A stretch of DNA of 15,056 nucleotides from Candidatus Velthaea sp. (lineage in GTDB: Bacteria; Vulcanimicrobiota; Vulcanimicrobiia; Vulcanimicrobiales; Vulcanimicrobiaceae). The notes under the pieces are model-generated. The model worked only from the letters and a program-made list of their open reading frames with translations, made no database searches and had not been told where the DNA came from. How positions within the stretch are numbered: position 1 is the stretch's first letter; the number at the start of each line of letters is the position of its first letter. A program made the position numbers and the translations under genes. The stretch spans positions 1 to 15,056 of the forward strand of contig JBEKHC010000113.1 in assembly GCA_050012475.1 (NCBI GenBank), in the 5' to 3' direction. Shown in pieces: positions 1 through 6,612 of the stretch.

Positions 1-1398
1 GCTGTCGCTACGCTCGGGATCGCTCTCGCCATCCTGATGGGTGTCCTCCCTACGTCGGTACACCCAGCTCCGCTCACCCTCGCAGTGCCCCGGGTGCCGA
101 CCAGCGCCGCCCCACCAACCACGCATCGTGGCGTCTCGGGCGGATCGCCGGACTCGCGCTTGCGCGCTCGGGGTGAGATGGCCGGATACGCTGGGGGGTT
201 TGCGGGGCGGGGTGGGGGTGACGCGGCTGCGCGCTCGCGCTTCGCTTCCCCTGAGGGCGGGGCTCTGATGGACGCTGCCGGTGCGGGGGCTTCGCCCTTG
301 CGCGTCGCTTCCGTTGAGGGCGGGGCTCTGGTGGGCGCTGCTGGTGGGGGTGGGTTTGGGCCGGTTCGGACTGGTGGGGGGTTTGAGGATGCGAATCGGG
401 CTTTCCGGTTTGTTTTTCCGCGCGATCATGCGGCGCATTTTGGCTACCAGTCGGAGTGGTGGTATTATACCGGGCATGTTACTGCGGCGGATGGGCGTCG
501 GTTCGGGTATGAGCTGACGTTTTTTCGGATCGGGTTGCGGCCGGGAGATCCGAAGCCCCAAAAAGGCCGCAGCCGGTGGCGCGGCAATCAGGTGTATGCA
601 GCGCATTTTGCTCTGACCGATGAGCGCGGGCGCGCGTTCGTGCACTACGAACGATTAGCGCGCGAGGCACTGGGGGCGGGGTCGTCGTCGGGCAGCTTGC
701 TCGACGTGCACGTTGGGGATTGGGGGCTGAGCGGAACGCAGCCGTTTCGCATGCATGCGGCGGCGGACGGCGATGCGATCGCGTTTGCGGAGTTTCCCGA
801 AAAGCCGCCGGCCGTTCACGGGCATGACGGCGTGTCGCGCAAGGCCGCGTGCGCGACGTGCGCGTCGCACTACTACTCGTTGACCCGCCTGCGCACCGTG
901 GGTACGCTGACCATTGGCGGAAAAGCGCTGCGCGTTGCCGGCATTTCGTGGATGGATCACGAGTTCGGGTCGGCGGAGCTGCAGTCGAATCAAGCCGGTT
1001 GGGATTGGTTCTCGATCCAGCTCAACGACCGCCGCGAGCTGATGCTCTATCGCCTGCGGCAGAAGGATGGTTCGCTGACGCCGGAGTCCAGCGGATCACT
1101 CGTCGATGCGCGGGGAGGCGTGACGTATCTGGCGCTCCCTGACGCCTCCGTCGACGTTACCGGGAATTGGAAATCGCCTCATACGTCCGCCCGCTATCCA
1201 AGCGGTTGGCGGGTTCACGTGCCGGCGGCCGATATCGACGTCGTCCTGCGGCCGATTCTCGACGATCAAGAGCTCGCGAGTCCCGGCGGCATTTCGTACT
1301 GGGAAGGCGCAGTCGACGTCATCGACCCGGTGACCCGGCAGCTCATCGGCGTCGGTTATGTCGAGCTGACGGGGTATGCGGGCAGCATCGCGCTGTAA
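1..1398 (+). CDS. Secreted AttH/CrtC-like (carotenoid 1,2-hydratase/lipocalin-like) protein; probably 5'-truncated by the window edge
   Basis: Frame +1 is open from base 1 (AVATLGIALAILMGV, like a signal-peptide h-region) to TAA at 1396-1398. Family motifs: FPRDHAAH..EWWYYTG, YELTFFR, ASHYYSLTRL, WMDHEF, GWDWFSIQL, YPSGW, YWEGAV, GYVELTGY. The true start is uncertain. Confidence 0.88.
   Translation, partial: AVATLGIALAILMGVLPTSVHPAPLTLAVPRVPTSAAPPTTHRGVSGGSPDSRLRARGEMAGYAGGFAGRGGGDAAARSRFASPEGGALMDAAGAGASPLRVASVEGGALVGAAGGGGFGPVRTGGGFEDANRAFRFVFPRDHAAHFGYQSEWWYYTGHVTAADGRRFGYELTFFRIGLRPGDPKPQKGRSRWRGNQVYAAHFALTDERGRAFVHYERLAREALGAGSSSGSLLDVHVGDWGLSGTQPFRMHAAADGDAIAFAEFPEKPPAVHGHDGVSRKAACATCASHYYSLTRLRTVGTLTIGGKALRVAGISWMDHEFGSAELQSNQAGWDWFSIQLNDRRELMLYRLRQKDGSLTPESSGSLVDARGGVTYLALPDASVDVTGNWKSPHTSARYPSGWRVHVPAADIDVVLRPILDDQELASPGGISYWEGAVDVIDPVTRQLIGVGYVELTGYAGSIAL
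238..351 (+). repeat. In-frame direct duplication, 63-bp period (2 copies of about 51 bp)
   Basis: 238 cgcttcgcttcccctgagggcggggctctgatggacgctgccggtgcgggg versus 301 cgcgtcgcttccgttgagggcggggctctggtgggcgctgctggtgggggt; peptides RFASPEGGALMDAAGAG and RVASVEGGALVGAAGGG. Confidence 0.85.
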
Positions 1399-1428
1399 GG
1401 CGGCTTGCGCAACCATCTCGCGCCGGTG

Positions 1429-1437
1429 TGGTACCGT
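1429..1437 (+). promoter_or_regulatory. Possible extended -10 element (TGnTAnnnT) for msrA
   Basis: TGGTACCGT lies 9 nt upstream of ATG 1447 and there is no Shine-Dalgarno, which fits a leaderless or short-leader transcript. Confidence 0.3.
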
Positions 1438-1446
1438 ACATTGGTC

Positions 1447-2088
1447 ATGAAGAAATCGCACATCATCGCGCAACTGGTCGGGGCATGCCTAGCCCTGCTC
1501 GTTGCGGCCCCCGCGGCTGCCGGCCCTGCGCCGGCCAGCAAAGCGCATACCGAAACGGCCGTGCTGGCAGGGGGTTGTTTTTGGGGACTCGAGGCCGTGT
1601 TCGAGCGATTGCGCGGCGTCTCGAACGTGGTCTCCGGATTTGCCGGCGGCAATGCGCTCACGGCGCACTATGAGATCGTGAGTACCGGGACGACCGGTCA
1701 TGCTGAATCGGTGCAAATCACGTACGATCCGGCACAGATCTCGTACGCTACGTTGCTCAAAGTTTATTTCACCGTTGCCACCGACCCCACGCAGCTCAAC
1801 CGTCAAGGTCCGGACGAAGGCACGCAATACCGATCGGAGATCTTCTACACGACGCCCGAGCAGCAGCAGGTCGCGCAAACGACGATTGCTGCTTTGACGG
1901 CGGCGCACGCCTACGCCGCTCCGATCGTGACCAAGGTCGAGCCGCTGCGCGGCTTCTATCCGGCCGAAGCCTACCACCAGCATTTCTACGACCGCAACCC
2001 AACCTATCCGTACATCGTGTACAACGACAAGCCGAAAGTCGACCAACTGCACGCGAAATTTCCGCAGCTGGTCAAAGCGGAAAACTAA
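1447..2088 (+). CDS. msrA: Peptide-methionine (S)-S-oxide reductase MsrA with N-terminal signal peptide
   Basis: GGCFWG catalytic motif, GHAE, DPTQLNRQG.D.GTQYRS and FYPAE.YHQ motifs. ATG 1447 gives a Sec-type signal MKKSHIIAQLVGACLALLVAAPAAA. Confidence 0.95.
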   Translation: MKKSHIIAQLVGACLALLVAAPAAAGPAPASKAHTETAVLAGGCFWGLEAVFERLRGVSNVVSGFAGGNALTAHYEIVSTGTTGHAESVQITYDPAQISYATLLKVYFTVATDPTQLNRQGPDEGTQYRSEIFYTTPEQQQVAQTTIAALTAAHAYAAPIVTKVEPLRGFYPAEAYHQHFYDRNPTYPYIVYNDKPKVDQLHAKFPQLVKAEN

Positions 2089-2128
2089 CCCGGCGGATCG
2101 ATTGGCTTCCGCCGCGCGACGCGCAAAT

Positions 2129-2390
2129 CACGTGCGGCTCGGCGTGAAGCCGAACGCCGCCGCTGCTTGCGCGCAGCGCAAACGCGACCGCGGCGTGCGG
2201 CGACGGCGTGCGCGCCACACGCGGCTCGTCGCGAAGCCGAACACCGCCTTCGCGCGACGCAACGCCACCGCGGCGTGCGGCGGAGGCGGAAGCGCCACGT
2301 GCGGCTAGGCGTGAAGCCGAACACCGCCCTGGCTTGCGCGGCGCAAACGCCACGGCCGCAAGCGGCAAGCGCGGCTCGGCGAGAAGCGCC
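2129..2390. repeat. Degenerate intergenic tandem repeat, 3 full units plus 1 partial (periods 87/80/70 bp), each with a CGGCT-N8-AGCCG hairpin core; REP-like
   Basis: Cores: 2129 cacgtgcggctcggcgtgaagccgaacgccgcc; 2216 cacacgcggctcgtcgcgaagccgaacaccgcc; 2296 cacgtgcggctaggcgtgaagccgaacaccgcc; partial 2366 caagcgcggctcggcgagaagc. The linkers also resemble each other (..cgcaa(a)cgc[cg]ac..cg..gcggc). Confidence 0.85.
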
Positions 2391-2418
2391 AGCGGCTCGC
2401 GCCGCAGGCCCGAACGCC

Positions 2419-2453
2419 CTGGATTCGCGACGCGTTCAGCGCCGCGAATCCAG
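2419..2453 (-). terminator. Strong stem-loop immediately after the DUF6976 stop codon (terminator or 3' stabilising hairpin, no U-tract)
   Basis: CTGGATTCGCG (2419-2429) and CGCGAATCCAG (2443-2453) form a perfect 11-bp inverted repeat. On the minus-strand RNA the stem extends to 15 bp through a G-U pair, whereas the plus strand has an A-C mismatch there. Confidence 0.6.
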
Positions 2454-3434
2454 TTAGCCGCTCGAGGTTACCGTCAAGGACACCGCTGTTTGGTTGAGCA
2501 GCATGTAGGCGATTTCACCGAACGTCATCGGTCCGAACAGCGGTGCCGTCGAGCGGCCTTCGAGTCCGGCGTAGACATAGTTGAGGATGCAGTTGCAGGA
2601 GAAGGCCGGCTCCGAGCCGCCCGGCAAATGCGCGGCGAAATTTGAGACGTAGTCGCCGACCGGCGCGGCGACGTGATACGCGATCCCGGGAAACACCGGC
2701 GCGTAGAAATCGACCGTTCCGCGCCCGACATCGACTTGCTGAATGCTGACGTTGATCATGGCGCCGTTGTAATCGGCGACGAGCGGGAGCCGTGTGTCGA
2801 TATCGTTGTCGGTCAGGTACTTGGCGAGGTTGACGGGCTTGCCGTTCACGAGCACGTCGGTTACCGAGAAACTCGTTTCCGAGAACGCGATGGCGTCACC
2901 GTCGCCGGGTTGGAACAGGTTGATGATCTCGACCGAAACTTGATCGTCTTCCGGGAGCTTTACGTGCAACGCGACGGCGTGATCCGAACTGCCCGTGGCC
3001 GACGAGCCATCGAACGTCCGGGGTAAGACGCTCCCGATCTGTTCGAGCGCAACGCCGGAGACCCAACCGACGATCGGACGATCGAATATGCCGGGGTAGT
3101 GTGCGACGTTCTTGGCATACTCTGCGTGCACGTCGGTAAACGCCGGAATCATCAGCACGGTGAAACCGTGTCCGGGATGATCGCTTGCAATGTTGCGCAG
3201 ACTTGCCGCGTCATAGCTGCGGATCGTCGATTGCGAGCCCGGCGGGAGTTCGGTGACGAACACCCGGTCGGCCGTCTGCAGACCGCCCTCGGGGGCCATG
3301 AAATAGGGGATCGTTCCGCCGATCCAATCACCCTTGGGCAACGTTGCGAGCAGCTTCTCGTCGCCGGCAAGCAACAGGCTTTTCCCGGAGGTAATAAGGT
3401 TGGCGGCCGCTTCGCTCTCGTAAAGTTTCGACAT
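2454..3434 (-). CDS. DUF6976 family protein (FIST-like putative small-molecule sensor), 326 aa
   Basis: Signature motifs LLLAGDE.LL..LPKG.WIGGTIPYFM, PLVADY.GAMINVS, FYAPVF.G..Y and FSCNCILNY.Y..LEG...GP.TFGEIAY.LLNQT; the C-terminus resembles the FIST_C G..GE....NQT motif. Confidence 0.8.
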   Translation of the reverse strand: MSKLYESEAAANLITSGKSLLLAGDEKLLATLPKGDWIGGTIPYFMAPEGGLQTADRVFVTELPPGSQSTIRSYDAASLRNIASDHPGHGFTVLMIPAFTDVHAEYAKNVAHYPGIFDRPIVGWVSGVALEQIGSVLPRTFDGSSATGSSDHAVALHVKLPEDDQVSVEIINLFQPGDGDAIAFSETSFSVTDVLVNGKPVNLAKYLTDNDIDTRLPLVADYNGAMINVSIQQVDVGRGTVDFYAPVFPGIAYHVAAPVGDYVSNFAAHLPGGSEPAFSCNCILNYVYAGLEGRSTAPLFGPMTFGEIAYMLLNQTAVSLTVTSSG

Positions 3435-3445
3435 ACCAGTTCACC

Positions 3446-3700
3446 TTAGCCGAACAGCGTCGCCGTGTCCTCAATGATTTGTGCGTTCTTTCCGAAATTT
3501 TTCGTAAAGTAGTCGTAAAGTTCGCCGACGTTCTTCGTTACGGCCGATGGTGACGGGTCTTTTTTGCAATCCATGCTCATTCGCGTGAGCATGAGTTTGA
3601 GCGCCAGCAGCTTGAGCGGCTTACTGGACTTACCGGTGACGAGCGCGGTCCAACGCGGATCGCTCTTTGGTGGAAGCGCAACACTCTGTACGGCGGCCAT
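3446..3700 (-). CDS. Small conserved-looking hypothetical protein (84 aa), co-transcribed upstream of DUF6976
   Basis: ATG at 3700 has a GGAG Shine-Dalgarno 10 nt upstream (minus cctGGAGaattgcgaatATG). Sequence MAAVQSVALPPKSDPRWTALVTGK...LYDYFTKN...EDTATLFG. The stop is 11 nt before the DUF6976 ATG. The longer 212-aa call (to 4084) is an artefactual extension. Confidence 0.8.
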   Translation of the reverse strand: MAAVQSVALPPKSDPRWTALVTGKSSKPLKLLALKLMLTRMSMDCKKDPSPSAVTKNVGELYDYFTKNFGKNAQIIEDTATLFG

Positions 3701-3771
3701 ATTCGCAATTCTCCAGGCGTTTGCAGTCACGCACTTGTTCCGACCTCGAAAGTGCGGCTGCCCTCCCGAAT

Positions 3772-3798
3772 ATTCCGACGTTCTGTGCAATTCGTGTA
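3772..3798 (-). promoter_or_regulatory. Possible sigma-28 (FliA)-type promoter for the small protein-DUF6976 operon
   Basis: Minus strand TACA-N15-GTCGGAAT versus consensus TAAA-N15-GCCGATAA: spacing is exact, boxes are imperfect. Confidence 0.35.
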
Positions 3799-4035
3799 AA
3801 GTCGTGGTTGATAGCCGGTCGCGCCGGCTGTAGGCCCACCTGTGCGGACCGGCGAGTAAAGCTTTTCCGATTAAAATATTGGGGCCGAAATCCCGGCGCG
3901 GCGTGCGGCGCGGCAACCGGCGCCGAACGCCGGATGTATCCTCGATGGAGCAGAAAGTGGCACTCGGGTTCGCCGGCTGGGAAAAATACAAGGCAAGCGC
4001 AGGAAAGCTCTTCCAGGGTGGGAATCGGCCCGTGC

Positions 4036-5304
4036 ATGTCGATTGCGGATGTAAGTCGTAATCCGTTTGCCGCCTTTGCCTCACTTACCGCCGTTCAGCG
4101 GCGCACGTTCACGGCGGCCTACCTCGGCTGGACGCTAGACGCGTTCGACTTCTTCTTGGTCGTATTCGTCGTTTCACGCGTGGCGACCGAGTTCAACATG
4201 TCGATCCCGACGGTCGCGTTTGCGATCACGGTGACGCTGATGCTGCGGCCGCTGGGAGCGTTGATCTTCGGCCGGTTAGCCGATCGTTTCGGACGCCGAA
4301 CGCCGTACATGATCAACATCTTCATTTATTCGGTGGTCGAACTTTTGACTGCGTTTTCACCGAATTTTACGACGTTTCTCATCCTGCGCGCATTGTACGG
4401 CGTTGCGATGGGCGGTGTGTGGGGCGTCGGCGCGGCACTTGCGCTCGAGGCCTTGCCGACCAAAACGCGCGGACTCTTCTCGGGGATCTTGCAGCAGGGA
4501 TACGCCGCGGGATATCTGCTTGCAGCGGTCGCCTACTTCTTCGTCTTTCCGCACTTCGGCTGGCGCGGCATGTTTTTCATCGGCGTGCTGCCGGCGCTGC
4601 TGGTCATCTATGTCTGGAAAGCCGTGCCCGAATCGCAGGTTTGGCTCGAAAACAAGCAGCAGAAACTCGCCGAGGTCAGCATTTGGGCCTCATTCGCCAA
4701 GCAGCCGGGTCTATATATCTACGCGATCGTGTTGATGGCGGCGTTCAATTTCATGTCGCACGGTTCGCAAGATCTCTATCCGACATTTTTGCAAAAGCAG
4801 CGCGAGTTCGGCGTCGGCACGGTCACGCTGCTGGCGATCATCGCCAATATCGGCGCGATCGTCGGCGGGATCTTTTTCGGTGCCCTCTCGCAGCACTTCG
4901 GACGCCGCCGCTCGATCGCTCTCGCAGCGTGCGTCGGCATCCTGATGATTCCGCTGTGGGTCTTTGCGCCCAACGTCGCCCTGTTGGCCGTCGGCGCGTT
5001 CTTGCTGCAAGTCTTCGTGCAGGGTGCTTGGGGCGTTGTCCCCGTTCACCTCAACGAACTTTCGCCGGCCGAGGCGCGCGGAACGTTTCCGGGGTTTACC
5101 TATCAGCTGGGCAACTTGATCTCGGCGGGCGCCGCGCAGATGGAGGCCGCCTTCGCCACCCATTTCACCACGCCCAGCGGTGGTGCGAACTACGCGGTTG
5201 CGCTGTCAATCATCATGCTCATCGTCTTCCTCGCGGTCGCCGTCTTGGCGTGGTTCGGGTACGAACGGCATTCCGTCGAGTTCGCGCCCGGCACCGCCGC
5301 TTAG
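4036..5304 (+). CDS. MFS transporter, sialate:H+ symporter (SHS; NanT/JEN1-like carboxylate permease)
   Basis: GWTLDAFDFF in TM1, motif A GRLADRFGRR, E.LP...RG..SG.LQQGY, and the JEN/SHS signature NFMSHGSQDLYPT. Start taken at ATG 4036 rather than 3667. Confidence 0.9.
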   Translation: MSIADVSRNPFAAFASLTAVQRRTFTAAYLGWTLDAFDFFLVVFVVSRVATEFNMSIPTVAFAITVTLMLRPLGALIFGRLADRFGRRTPYMINIFIYSVVELLTAFSPNFTTFLILRALYGVAMGGVWGVGAALALEALPTKTRGLFSGILQQGYAAGYLLAAVAYFFVFPHFGWRGMFFIGVLPALLVIYVWKAVPESQVWLENKQQKLAEVSIWASFAKQPGLYIYAIVLMAAFNFMSHGSQDLYPTFLQKQREFGVGTVTLLAIIANIGAIVGGIFFGALSQHFGRRRSIALAACVGILMIPLWVFAPNVALLAVGAFLLQVFVQGAWGVVPVHLNELSPAEARGTFPGFTYQLGNLISAGAAQMEAAFATHFTTPSGGANYAVALSIIMLIVFLAVAVLAWFGYERHSVEFAPGTAA

Positions 5305-5322
5305 AAGCGAAGCCCAAACGAC

Positions 5323-6531
5323 CTAGATAATCGCGAAGCGGTCGAAGCGCCGCAGCTGCGGAAACACCAACATGCACAGCGCGACCACCGCCAAGGTCGC
5401 GGCGCCGCCAGCGACGACGGCGGGGACCGTGCCGATCAGCGCCGCCAGCGTCCCGGATTCGAACGCGCCCAATTCGTTTGAGGCACCGATGAACACGTTC
5501 TCGACGGCGTTCACCCGGCCGCGCATCGCGTCGGGCGTCGACAGCTGCACCAGCCCTGAGCGGATGACGACGCTGATCATATCGGAGCCGCCCGCGACGG
5601 TCAGCGCGGCGAACGACAGCCCGAGATTTCGCGACAGCCCGAACACGATCGTCGCCAGCCCGAACACCGCGACTGACGCGAGCAGCGTTCGTCCGACGCG
5701 CGTGCGCAGCGGCCGGCGCGCCAAATATGCCGCCGTGAGCGCCGCGCCGGCGGCCGGGGCGCTGCGCAAAATGCCGAGTCCCACCGGCCCGACGCGCAGG
5801 ATCGTATCGGCGTAGGCCGGCAGCAGCGCGGTGGCACCTCCGAAGAGCACCGCGAACAGATCGAGCGAGATGGCGCCCAGAATGACCGGTTGATCGCGAA
5901 TGAAGCGCAAACCGCCGAATGCGTCGTGCAGGGTCGCCGCATGGCCGCCGGCCAGCGCGGGGCGCGGCGGAATGCGCAGGGCGAGCAGCGCGCCGATGCT
6001 CAATGCAAGCAGCAGTGCCGAAGCTGCCAAGGCCGGCGCCGTTCCGAGGGCGACGAGCGCACCGCCCAGCGCCGGGCCCGCCACCGCGACGATCTGACGA
6101 ATCGCCGAGTACAGCGCGGCGACGCGCAGATACGCGCTTTCCGGCACCAGCGCCAGCAGCATGCCGCGCTCGGCCGGTGCACCGAACGCGCGCGCGGTAC
6201 CAATCGCCAGCAGCGAAAGAAGATACGGCCACAGCCGATCGGCGTGCGTCAGCACGAGTGCCAGAAACGCCAGCGCAGCGACCATCTCGGCGGCCGTCGC
6301 CAAGGCGACGATCGTGCGGCGGTCGTGCCGGTCGGCGAACAAGCCGGTCACCAGGACGAGTAAGGCTGCGGGAAGGAACAGCGTCAGGCCGACGAGGCCG
6401 AGGTCGAAGGGACGGTGATGCAGCGTGAACACGTGCCACGCGACGGCAACAGCCTGCACTTGGCTGGCAATGTCGGCGCTCAAGAATGCGGCGAAGAACG
6501 GGCCGAGCGCGCGCACGTTGCGTCGATTCAT
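5323..6531 (-). CDS. MFS transporter, EntS/MefA-like (transmembrane secretion effector) family
   Basis: About 12 hydrophobic segments; motifs VAVAWHVF.L...PFDLGLVGL..FLP, G.FADRHDRR, LGAISLDLFAVLFGGATALLP and TPD.MRGRV.AV..VFIGASNELG.FESG. Confidence 0.9.
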   Translation of the reverse strand: MNRRNVRALGPFFAAFLSADIASQVQAVAVAWHVFTLHHRPFDLGLVGLTLFLPAALLVLVTGLFADRHDRRTIVALATAAEMVAALAFLALVLTHADRLWPYLLSLLAIGTARAFGAPAERGMLLALVPESAYLRVAALYSAIRQIVAVAGPALGGALVALGTAPALAASALLLALSIGALLALRIPPRPALAGGHAATLHDAFGGLRFIRDQPVILGAISLDLFAVLFGGATALLPAYADTILRVGPVGLGILRSAPAAGAALTAAYLARRPLRTRVGRTLLASVAVFGLATIVFGLSRNLGLSFAALTVAGGSDMISVVIRSGLVQLSTPDAMRGRVNAVENVFIGASNELGAFESGTLAALIGTVPAVVAGGAATLAVVALCMLVFPQLRRFDRFAII

Positions 6532-6573
6532 GCCCCGCCGTCATTGGCGCATCGTCTCCGACGCCCATGCGGC

Positions 6574-6600
6574 GAAACTTCGCGCCGCCCGCGCGGGTAG
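6574..6600 (+). promoter_or_regulatory. Possible general-stress (SigB/SigF-like) promoter with a GGGTA -10
   Basis: GAAACTT-N14-GGGTAG, with GGGTA at 6595-6599, 13 nt before ATG 6613; no Shine-Dalgarno. A second GGGTAA (7369-7374) lies 9 nt before ATG 7384. Confidence 0.3.
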
Positions 6601-6612
6601 CGGCAGCTGACG

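Noticed and set aside
850..870. c-type heme-binding motif in the AttH-like protein
   Set aside because: The sequence is CATCASH, not CxxCH.
2129..2390. CRISPR array (33-nt palindromic repeat with 37-54-nt spacers)
   Set aside because: The spacers are homologous to each other and uneven in length, the repeats are degenerate, and there is no AT-rich leader or cas gene in the window.
2072..2645. Several Arg/Ala-rich ORFs over the repeat tract
   Set aside because: They are translations of GC-rich repeats with no SD and no protein-like composition.
3701..3850. c-di-GMP (GEMM) or other known riboswitch in the DUF6976 operon leader
   Set aside because: The GGCAAAC...GAAA...GACGCAAAGC arrangement is absent on the sense strand; only generic hairpins are visible. 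An Rfam scan would settle it.
3667..4084. N-terminal extensions of the SHS transporter (from 3667) and the small protein (from 4084), and the 60-aa ORF 3879-4061
   Set aside because: They overlap each other across a divergent promoter region; the family-like sequence begins at 4036 and 3700, and 3700 has a good SD.
5305..5322. Terminator between the convergent MFS genes
   Set aside because: The gap is only 18 nt, with no stem-loop or U-tract.
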